Made by a program: the position numbers and the translations under genes. From NCBI GenBank assembly GCA_900545955.1, contig URAU01000012.1, positions 6,604 to 70,603 of the forward strand: DNA of 64,000 nucleotides. Direction: 5' to 3'. The DNA comes from an uncultured Porphyromonadaceae bacterium (GTDB lineage Bacteria > Bacteroidota > Bacteroidia > Bacteroidales > Muribaculaceae). Below are positions 1-7,267 of this stretch, piece after piece. Each line of letters starts with the position of its first letter. The stretch's first letter is position 1. The notes beneath the pieces were generated by a model. The model was not told the DNA's origin and ran no database searches. It was given only the letters and a program-made list of their open reading frames with translations.

Positions 1-447
1 TTAGGATTATTCCTTCGCCAACATTTTCATTATAACCAGATACGGAAAATTTTCCTCACTTGCTTCATTTTATTGGTCCTATTATTTTTAGAAGTATATC
101 TTCGTAGACAATTACATATTGAAGCTGGAAGGGACTTGTTTATTGTTCAATCATTTCTCGCCGGGGGGGTAATACTATTAATTGTAAATCAGCCTATTAA
201 AAATACAGGGGTTATTGCATTGTGTGCGCGACTTGGCAAACACTCAGACTCAATCTATTATTTTCATCTCGCCGTCTATGCATTTATAGCGAGCATTGTG
301 TCTTTCGATAGACCGCTAATGATTATCAGCCGACCATTTATCACTTTTATTCTCACATTAGCCTTATCAATAGCCTTCACAAAAATCATTACCCCATTTA
401 AATCACTCATTAAAAAAGAGAATCTATCTAAAAATACATCTATATGA
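1..447 (+). CDS. Membrane protein, probable acyltransferase family 3 (5'-partial; frame open from base 1)
   Basis: Frame 1 is open from position 1. Several hydrophobic segments and an LGKHSDSIYYFH motif resemble the acyltransferase_3 C-terminal 'LG..S..IYL.H'. Lies in a polysaccharide locus. Confidence 0.55.
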   Translation, partial: LGLFLRQHFHYNQIRKIFLTCFILLVLLFLEVYLRRQLHIEAGRDLFIVQSFLAGGVILLIVNQPIKNTGVIALCARLGKHSDSIYYFHLAVYAFIASIVSFDRPLMIISRPFITFILTLALSIAFTKIITPFKSLIKKENLSKNTSI

Positions 448-1529
448 ACATTGTTTATTGGACAGCAAGTATAGATTTACATACAATTTATGTATTTGAC
501 TATTTGGGAAAAGTCCACAATGTTGTAGTAGCATATTGTCAACGTTCTTTTAGGGATTATGTCAATATTGATGTCTCCAATTGTAAACTTTTTGAAATAA
601 CTACACCCTCAGATATTGCGCAATTACTTGATATAACATCGGATTATATCCATATATCAAATGCCTTCAAGGTAATGCGGGAGCATAGTATCCTAAAAAA
701 AGCTCTCTCCAAGTTGGTAAAAAGACATTTTACTCTTATTTCTCTTTTCCAAGAACAATATCCCTATGAAGGGTTCTTAGGATATCTCCGGAAAATCAAA
801 TGGACCTGGATGTATAAATTCGGTCTTGGCAGACATCATAAACTTATCGGATATTGTGGTGAAAAGGCGTATCGTTCGCTGCGACTTGCATCCATTCCAG
901 ACGAAAAACTCGCTGAATTCATATATAGTCCATGGTATAAAGCGTCTATTCAACTAATTCAGACAAGCAAACCAACCTTCATTATGGTTGGCCAACTCGT
1001 CACTCGTAAAAGGGTAATAGAAACCATATTAGCATGTAAACAGATACACGCCGATTTTGATTTTAAGATAATCGGCGACGGTCCTCTAAAAAATAAAATT
1101 CTGAATGCCATTTGTCAAGATAAGCGCTTTAGATTCCTGGGAACTCTTCCTCCTGAAAAGGTACAAAAAGAATATTCTTCATCCGACACGCTCATTTTAT
1201 CATCTGCATTCGATGGTTGGGGATGCTCGGTAAATGAAGCTCTCTCGCAAGGTTGCAGAGTAATTGTGTCCGATTCATGTGGAGCCTCCTCTCTGATTAA
1301 AGCTAATGGCAGACTTGGGAATGTGTTCAAATCCGATGACTGGACGCAATTCACACAACTAATTAAAAGCTACATAAACGCAGGCTCATTGAACTTATCA
1401 GAAAAAGAATCTATTCAACGATGGTCTGCCTGTATTCATCCCAAAGTTCTGGCTGAATACCTCAATGCACTGCTAATTTGGAAGTTCCACAATGGAAATA
1501 AACCAGATGCACCCTGGCATAATAACTAA
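444..1529 (+). CDS. Glycosyltransferase family 4 (GT-B)
   Basis: MVGQLVTRKRV, IIGDGPLK and FDGWGCSVNEALSQGCRVIVSD (GT4 E/D-x7-E region). Low GC. Confidence 0.85.
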   Translation: MNIVYWTASIDLHTIYVFDYLGKVHNVVVAYCQRSFRDYVNIDVSNCKLFEITTPSDIAQLLDITSDYIHISNAFKVMREHSILKKALSKLVKRHFTLISLFQEQYPYEGFLGYLRKIKWTWMYKFGLGRHHKLIGYCGEKAYRSLRLASIPDEKLAEFIYSPWYKASIQLIQTSKPTFIMVGQLVTRKRVIETILACKQIHADFDFKIIGDGPLKNKILNAICQDKRFRFLGTLPPEKVQKEYSSSDTLILSSAFDGWGCSVNEALSQGCRVIVSDSCGASSLIKANGRLGNVFKSDDWTQFTQLIKSYINAGSLNLSEKESIQRWSACIHPKVLAEYLNALLIWKFHNGNKPDAPWHNN

Positions 1530-1559
1530 AAGAAATCTATCATTCACTAAAGAATAGCA

Positions 1560-2714
1560 ATGAGAGTTTTATTTGTAGGCGACTCCAATTCCAGAGGTGC
1601 CGGTGGTCTGTATGCCACAATCAGCGCCACGACAAAGGCGTTGTTGGCAAAGGATATTGAGGTCGCCCTGCTCGCTTTCAACGACTCCCACTCTCGTGAG
1701 GATGCTAAAGCTTACGGCGAGGTTCCTCAACTATGTTATCACCGGGTCGATGTGCCGCTGCTTTCTACGCTTGGATATTCACGCGACATCCACAACCTGA
1801 TAGAAGAGTATCAGCCTGATATAATCCATTCGCAAGGACTGTGGATGTATCATTCGGCGGCTGTGCTCCGCTACAAGAAGCGGCATCCGGAAGTCAAGGT
1901 GATTGTTCAGCCCCACGGGATGCTCGACCCTTGGGCGGTACGGAATTCCGGATGGAAAAAGCGCATCGTAGGATATTGGTATGAGTATCAAAATCTTCGT
2001 CGGGCCGACTGTATACATGCTCTATGCCAGAGCGAGGCGGATGCCATCAGAGAGTTCGGACTTAAAAATCAAATCGCAATAATTCCGAACGGAATTGACC
2101 TCCCCGGCTGTTCGCTCGACGAGATTATTGCCCGACGTCAAAATACCGGCGGACGCAAAACGCTGCTTTTCATCGGACGAATCCACCCCAAAAAGGGTCT
2201 CCGCGAATTTATTGAAGCATTGGCAATTTTAAAACGCCGACTACCTGATTTAGTCAATGAATGGCATGTGAAAATAGCTGGGTGGGATCAGCTCAATCAT
2301 ACAGCCGAGCTAAAAACGCTCATTGATTCAAAGAATCTGAGTGACTGCATAACACTTGTAGGGGCTGCGTTCGGCGATGAAAAAGAACGTCTGCTAACCG
2401 AGGCATCAGCCTTTATTCTACCGAGTTTCAGTGAAGGGCTGCCGATGAGCGTACTCGAGGCATGGGCATACGCCTTACCTGTTGTGATTACTCCACATTG
2501 CAATTTACCGGAGGGAAGCGAAGCAGACGCAGCATTGCTTTGCGAGCCAAAACCGGAAAGTATTGCCGACTCCCTGATATCTCTTTTCTCCATGTCGGCA
2601 AATCAAAGAACAGAAATAGGAATAAATGGGCGCCGACTGGTTGAGAGGCAATTCTCATGGCCACACATTGCCGATGAGACAATCAGGCTATACAAATCTC
2701 TTCTCTCCAAATAA
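1560..2714 (+). CDS. Glycosyltransferase family 4
   Basis: QPHGMLDPW, LFIGRIHPKKG and SFSEGLPMSVLEAWAYALPVV motifs. Confidence 0.92.
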   Translation: MRVLFVGDSNSRGAGGLYATISATTKALLAKDIEVALLAFNDSHSREDAKAYGEVPQLCYHRVDVPLLSTLGYSRDIHNLIEEYQPDIIHSQGLWMYHSAAVLRYKKRHPEVKVIVQPHGMLDPWAVRNSGWKKRIVGYWYEYQNLRRADCIHALCQSEADAIREFGLKNQIAIIPNGIDLPGCSLDEIIARRQNTGGRKTLLFIGRIHPKKGLREFIEALAILKRRLPDLVNEWHVKIAGWDQLNHTAELKTLIDSKNLSDCITLVGAAFGDEKERLLTEASAFILPSFSEGLPMSVLEAWAYALPVVITPHCNLPEGSEADAALLCEPKPESIADSLISLFSMSANQRTEIGINGRRLVERQFSWPHIADETIRLYKSLLSK

Positions 2715-2738
2715 AATTCATAAGTACGTTTTCTCGAC

Positions 2739-3170
2739 ATGACAAACGAACAAAAGGATATGATTGCAACGTATATTACGGCATTCAAGAATTTTCTTGC
2801 ACGCCATATACTCCCCGACGTTGCAATCCGCGCCACGGTCTATCCGACAAGCGACCAGGTGCTTCTGGTTATTACCCTCAACCGCAACAATCAGGGGGGT
2901 ACGGAGTTCCGCCATGAGTGCGCCTCGACCGAAGAGGCTTTTCAGAGGGCCGGTGTAGATCCCGACCTGCTCCCGGAGTCGGACGAATACAGCCACAGAA
3001 TCGGCGTAAGCGCTTCAAGCATTGTGAGTCTTAAAAGCTACGAACCTGCAAACTGGACCACTGAACGGGCAGATAAAGTGGTCAAGGCCATCGCAGATAT
3101 GATAAATTCCGCCAAGAAGAGAATGGAGCGTCCACGCCTTCGCCGCACCCCAAAATTAGCCGTTGACTGA
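2739..3170 (+). CDS. Hypothetical soluble protein (143 aa)
   Basis: ATG-started ORF co-oriented with the operon; its stop overlaps the next start (TGATG). No family recognised. Confidence 0.6.
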   Translation: MTNEQKDMIATYITAFKNFLARHILPDVAIRATVYPTSDQVLLVITLNRNNQGGTEFRHECASTEEAFQRAGVDPDLLPESDEYSHRIGVSASSIVSLKSYEPANWTTERADKVVKAIADMINSAKKRMERPRLRRTPKLAVD

Positions 3171-3559
3171 TGGAAATCACACCAAATAAAATTTCGGGAT
3201 CTCCTCAGGAACTGGCCGATTATTTCCGCTGCAGTGGGCAGACAGCGCCTAATCTGACCACTCCGAAACTATCGGATGCAATCAGCGGAAAATTGATTTG
3301 GGCAGTTAGCATTGTAACGGGTATACTCTTGATTGCTTTAGGATTCATCAGTAACCCTATAGCTTATAGAATCCTATTCGGTGTAATTATTTTAGGAATA
3401 TTTGCAATTCCAATACTGCTTTTATGCAAATACAATAGTCTCAAAATTGCCGGTTCTGTATTTTTATTTCTTGCAGTAGTATTGGCTTTGTTCCTTGGCG
3501 TCACTAACCCGAAAACGCTTAGCGACATGGCTATCGAAAAGATTTCATCTCAAAAATAG
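3170..3559 (+). CDS. Hypothetical membrane protein (~3 TM segments)
   Basis: Three hydrophobic stretches; translationally coupled to the upstream ORF. Confidence 0.6.
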   Translation: MEITPNKISGSPQELADYFRCSGQTAPNLTTPKLSDAISGKLIWAVSIVTGILLIALGFISNPIAYRILFGVIILGIFAIPILLLCKYNSLKIAGSVFLFLAVVLALFLGVTNPKTLSDMAIEKISSQK

Positions 3560-3568
3560 ACCTAAACG

Positions 3569-4123
3569 ATGCCAAAGATAGACCTTTCGCAATACCGCAA
3601 TGCGTTGTCGCGCAAACATCAGATTGTCAGGCTAATCTGGGGATTTGTCTGGGGCGTGGGAGCCAGTTGGATTCCGCGCTCGATGGCTTCGGGGTGGAAA
3701 CGGACGCTTCTGCGGATGTTCGGTGCGAAGATTCATCCTACGGCCGTGGTCTATTCGTCGACGCGCGTCTACTATCCTGCGAACCTCCGGATGGAGGCGC
3801 ACAGCTGTCTGGCGTCGGAAGTTGACTGCTATAACGTAGCCCCTGTGGTAGTAGGAGCAAATTCCACCGTGAGCCAGGGTGCTTATCTCTGCACGGCGTC
3901 GCACGACGTTACAAATCCGCTTAATCCGCTGATTACGGCGCCTATAGTGATTGAAGACCAGGCCTGGGTGGCTGCCGATGCTTTCGTCGGAATGGGGGTG
4001 ACCATCGGGCAGGGGGCCGTAGTGGGAGCGAGGGCGGCCGTGTTCAAGGATGTTGAGCCATGGACGATTGTGGGCGGGAATCCTGCCAGACCGATAAAGA
4101 AGAGAATTCTGAGAGATGGTTGA
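3569..4123 (+). CDS. wcaF: WcaF-like polysaccharide O-acetyltransferase (left-handed beta-helix)
   Basis: Hexapeptide repeats, LCTASHD, AWVAADAFVGMGVTIGQGAVVGARAAV, GGNPARPIKKR. Confidence 0.88.
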   Translation: MPKIDLSQYRNALSRKHQIVRLIWGFVWGVGASWIPRSMASGWKRTLLRMFGAKIHPTAVVYSSTRVYYPANLRMEAHSCLASEVDCYNVAPVVVGANSTVSQGAYLCTASHDVTNPLNPLITAPIVIEDQAWVAADAFVGMGVTIGQGAVVGARAAVFKDVEPWTIVGGNPARPIKKRILRDG

Positions 4124-5021
4124 CGTTACGATTATTATTCTTACGAAGAACGAGGAGCTGCATTTGGGGCGGTGTCTCGAAAGGCTGCGGGCGCTGGAGC
4201 CGCGGCGCGTGGTGGTGGTAGACTCGGAGTCGACCGATGCCACGGCGGAGATTGCCCGCCGGGAGGGGGCGGAGGTGGTGGTGCACCCATGGCCGGGGAA
4301 TCAGGCGGCGCAGTTCAACTGGGCGCTCGACGCGCTCGACATACGGTCGGAGTGGGTACTCCGGCTCGACGCCGACGAGTATCTCTCGCCGGAGCTGACG
4401 GAGGAGATCCGCGCGAAGCTGCCGACGATGCCGGCTGACGTCAGTGCGCTGGTGATTCCGCTGGGGCGCTATTTCCTGAACCGGCGTCTGCGCCACGGCA
4501 TCGTCAACGGAATCGCAATGGTCAGGATGTTCCGCCGGGGCTACTGCCGCTACGAGCAGCGGCTGATGGACGAGCATCTGCAGATACTCAGCGGGCGCTC
4601 GGAGACGCTTACGCATCCTTTCTACGACCATTCACTTCTGCCGCTCTCGGCGTTCATCGCCAAGCACAACGGCTATGCCGACCGTGAGGCGGCGCTGTTG
4701 CTCGCCGAAAAATACCGGCCTCAGAGCGCAGAGGCCGACAAGGCCGGGGGGCTGGCCGACGCTGTAGCGGCCAAGCGACGTCAGAAGTCGCTCTACGGGC
4801 GCATGCCGCTGTTCTGGCGGTCGACAGCCTATTTCCTATACCGCTACATTGTCCGGCTGGGGTTCCTCGACGGGAAGGAGGGGTTTCTCTGGGACTTCCT
4901 GCAGGGATGGTGGTATCGCACGCTGGTGGACGCCAAGGTGATGGAGGTGGAGCGCGCCTGCGCCGCCGACCCCAGGCGCATCCGCGCCTTCCTGGCCAGC
5001 CGCTACGGCATCCGCCTATAG
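4116..5021 (+). CDS. Glycosyltransferase family 2
   Basis: IILTKNEE, VVDSESTDAT, WVLRLDADE and LGFLDGKEG motifs. Confidence 0.92.
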   Translation: MVDVTIIILTKNEELHLGRCLERLRALEPRRVVVVDSESTDATAEIARREGAEVVVHPWPGNQAAQFNWALDALDIRSEWVLRLDADEYLSPELTEEIRAKLPTMPADVSALVIPLGRYFLNRRLRHGIVNGIAMVRMFRRGYCRYEQRLMDEHLQILSGRSETLTHPFYDHSLLPLSAFIAKHNGYADREAALLLAEKYRPQSAEADKAGGLADAVAAKRRQKSLYGRMPLFWRSTAYFLYRYIVRLGFLDGKEGFLWDFLQGWWYRTLVDAKVMEVERACAADPRRIRAFLASRYGIRL

Positions 5022-5023
5022 CG

Positions 5024-5154
5024 CCCCCAGGGGTTTGCACCCCTGGTTACAAAGATGCCACCCCTACGGGGTTAGACGTCCACCATCAGGGGTATACACC
5101 CCCCAGGGGTTTGCACCCCTGGCTACAGGGATGTCACCCCTACGGGGTCAGACG
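5024..5154. repeat. Two ~55-bp REP-like direct repeats, each with two hairpins, plus a degenerate half copy between them
   Basis: CCCCCAGGGGTTTGCACCCCTGG(T/C)TACA..GATG(C/T)CACCCCTACGGGGT(T/C)AGACG at 5024-5078 and 5100-5154; CAGGGGTATACACCCC near 5087. Confidence 0.8.
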
Positions 5155-5226
5155 ATGGAGGCTGCGGGTGAAAAAACGGGTGGACGGGCACCCGCATGTA
5201 GGGATGCACTATTTTGAGTTCAACAC

Positions 5227-5265
5227 AAAAAAGCGAAGACGGCAATCGGTCCGTCTTCGCTTTTT
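5227..5265. terminator. Intrinsic terminator (bidirectional type) ending the polysaccharide locus
   Basis: AAAAAAGCGAAGACGG-8 nt loop-CCGTCTTCGCTTTTT. Confidence 0.85.
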
Positions 5266-5336
5266 CGTTATTATAGGAGGTGCTTACAGCTTTTAACGTC
5301 CTTTAACGATATTGTCTGAAATATCATTCGTCTTTC

Positions 5337-5344
5337 TACCTTTG
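5337..5344 (+). promoter_or_regulatory. Bacteroidetes -7 promoter element
   Basis: TACCTTTG matches TAnnTTTG, ~200 nt upstream of the CDS at 5547. Confidence 0.6.
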
Positions 5345-5546
5345 CAGCGCAAATCGCGGCAAGCCTGTTAAAACGAGCTTATGGCGCGACGGGAAGATTA
5401 CATCACCTTGGCAATTCTCCCGCTATCATCTTAGATGAAACCGGGCGAAAGTGATGGGACGGCTCTTCTTCCCATTCTTTTATCTTATCATTATAATTTT
5501 TCGGAGTCCCGTCTTGCCGAGTTAATATAATAAATTAACAACTACA

Positions 5547-5984
5547 ATGAAACAGATTAAGTTTCTTGCAATGATGATTGCCGCGACAATCTTTTGTCTG
5601 GGCTTTTCTTCGTGTGGCGACGACGATGACGAAGACGACGCTGTAAACAACATGCTTGTCGGCACCTGGGTCGGAGCAATGAATCATGAAGGCGGTTACA
5701 ACGGCGACGATGATGAGGTGGTAACGATGACTTTCACTCCCGACGGCAAGATGACCGCTAAAGGCGTAAGCGAAACCCATTCTTCATGGAACTGGTCGTT
5801 TACCGGTACTTATCAGATAGCTACCGCCCACGACGGAGCGGTGAACCTTATTTCAATCGGTGGCTATTTCGCCGACGAGGATGAATATTATGATGACGAC
5901 ATTGAGCCAACTCCATTCTACCTCAACGACAACGTATTGATTATATCGTTTGACGGCAGCGACTACCGCCTGATAAAACAGTAA
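5547..5984 (+). CDS. Acidic lipoprotein of unknown function (possibly lipocalin-like beta-barrel)
   Basis: Lipobox FSSC followed by an acidic export signal GDDDDEDD; LVGTW motif. Confidence 0.75.
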   Translation: MKQIKFLAMMIAATIFCLGFSSCGDDDDEDDAVNNMLVGTWVGAMNHEGGYNGDDDEVVTMTFTPDGKMTAKGVSETHSSWNWSFTGTYQIATAHDGAVNLISIGGYFADEDEYYDDDIEPTPFYLNDNVLIISFDGSDYRLIKQ

Positions 5985-6009
5985 TCGTCAAGTTAAAAAC
6001 GTTTTTAAA

Positions 6010-6047
6010 GCGCCGCGGCTTCATTGCAAGCTGCGGCGCATTTTTTT
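6010..6047 (+). terminator. Intrinsic terminator
   Basis: GCGCCGCGGCTT-loop-AAGCTGCGGCGC followed by a T-tract. Confidence 0.8.
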
Positions 6048-6111
6048 CCGTAGATTAATAATCAAAGTTATATAAAAAAGCGAACCGAGAATCTCGATTC
6101 GCTTAAGGGGG

Positions 6112-6185
6112 TGGAGTACAGCGGACTCGAACCGCTCACCTCGACACTGCCAGTGTCGCGCTCTAGCCAGATGAGCTAGTACCCC
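6112..6185 (-). tRNA. tRNA-Ala(GGC)
   Basis: Reverse complement GGGGTACTAGCTCATCTGGCTAGAGCG-CGACA-CT-GGC-AG-TGTCG-AGGTGAGCGGTTCGAGTCCGCTGTACTCCA folds as a cloverleaf. Promoter TAACTTTG at 6200-6207 and terminator hairpin at 6074-6104 on the same strand. Confidence 0.96.
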
Positions 6186-6349
6186 ATGGATTTCGGATGC
6201 AAAGTTAAGGATTCCGGATGAAACCGCCAAATTTTCAGGGAAACATTTTTCAGTTTTTTTTGCGCAGAGGCCAAGGTGAAGAGTCCAAGGCAGATTATTG
6301 CAGCGGGTTCAGGAGGCAGGGACTCCCGAACAATTATATATACCGAAGA

Positions 6350-7132
6350 TCAGGAGCGCACAAGCTCGAAGATCTTATAGAGGTAGCGGCAACCCTCAAA
6401 CAAGAAGTTGGAGTAGACCCCGTTTTTACGATAGGCTGCGCGATGGTCGCGGTAGATGCGTTTATGGGAGGTCATTCCCGAAGATGAGGCGCCCCCGGTG
6501 CGCATCGTCACAAAATCCATGGGCAGATAACGGGTATTGATGCGGCCGACGAAAATCATGCGCAGGAGTTGCTCGAAGTCGGCGGCGACGCGGAAATCGA
6601 GGTCGAATCCGCCATGCTCGGCATAAAGCCGGCGGCGGCAATAAAACGAGGGGTGGGCGGGCATGAAGCCCATGCGCATCATCCAGGGACGGAAGAAAGC
6701 GGAGCTGTAGTGACGCACCACGCGTGTGGTCTGATGCTGGTCGACGTAGTGAACGTCGCCATACACGGCATCCAAACTGGCATCGGGCGTGGCGTCGGTG
6801 CTGAAGGCATCAGCCACCCGGGCGAGCACGTCGGGCGACGTAAAGTAATCATCGGAATTAAGGAGTCCCACCAGAGTGCCGGTTGCCATGGAAATTCCTT
6901 TGTTCATGGCGTCGTAGATTCCACGATCGCGCTCCGAGACCACGCGGAGGGTCTTGCCGCCGCGCTCGTAGGCACTGCGGTAATGCTCGACGATGGTAAG
7001 CGTGGAGTCGGTCGACGCGCCGTCGACTATGATGTGCTCAACGTCGGGATATGTCTGCGCCACCACAGAGGCAAGCGTATCGGCCAGGGTGGCAGCTGAG
7101 TTGAAGGTGGCGGTGATAACAGAAATCTTCAT
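6350..7132 (-). CDS. Glycosyltransferase family 2 (WcaE-like)
   Basis: Likely start MKISVITATFNS at 7132; IVDGASTD, GIYDAMNKG, LNSDD and PAHPSFY motifs. Promoter TACCTTTG at 7165-7172 (-). Confidence 0.9.
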   Translation of the reverse strand: MKISVITATFNSAATLADTLASVVAQTYPDVEHIIVDGASTDSTLTIVEHYRSAYERGGKTLRVVSERDRGIYDAMNKGISMATGTLVGLLNSDDYFTSPDVLARVADAFSTDATPDASLDAVYGDVHYVDQHQTTRVVRHYSSAFFRPWMMRMGFMPAHPSFYCRRRLYAEHGGFDLDFRVAADFEQLLRMIFVGRINTRYLPMDFVTMRTGGASSSGMTSHKRIYRDHRAAYRKNGVYSNFLFEGCRYLYKIFELVRS

Positions 7133-7197
7133 TGCGGTTCGTGCGGCTGTAGTGTGATGCACCGCAAAGGTACGCAATTTTTCCGGAATGGCGGCAA

Positions 7198-7231
7198 GGA
7201 GGCCGGGAATCACGTCCGATTCCCGGCCTCC
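7198..7231 (-). terminator. Strong hairpin downstream of the GH95 gene
   Basis: Perfect 14-bp stem GGAGGCCGGGAATC/GATTCCCGGCCTCC; the U-tract is weak. Confidence 0.6.
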
Positions 7232-7267
7232 GAAGTAAGACAGGCAATATGTATTAAGTTGGGATTT

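Noticed and set aside
5024..5154. Possible CRISPR array
   Set aside because: Only two 55-bp units with a ~21-bp spacer that is itself repeat-like, and no cas genes; REP-like instead.
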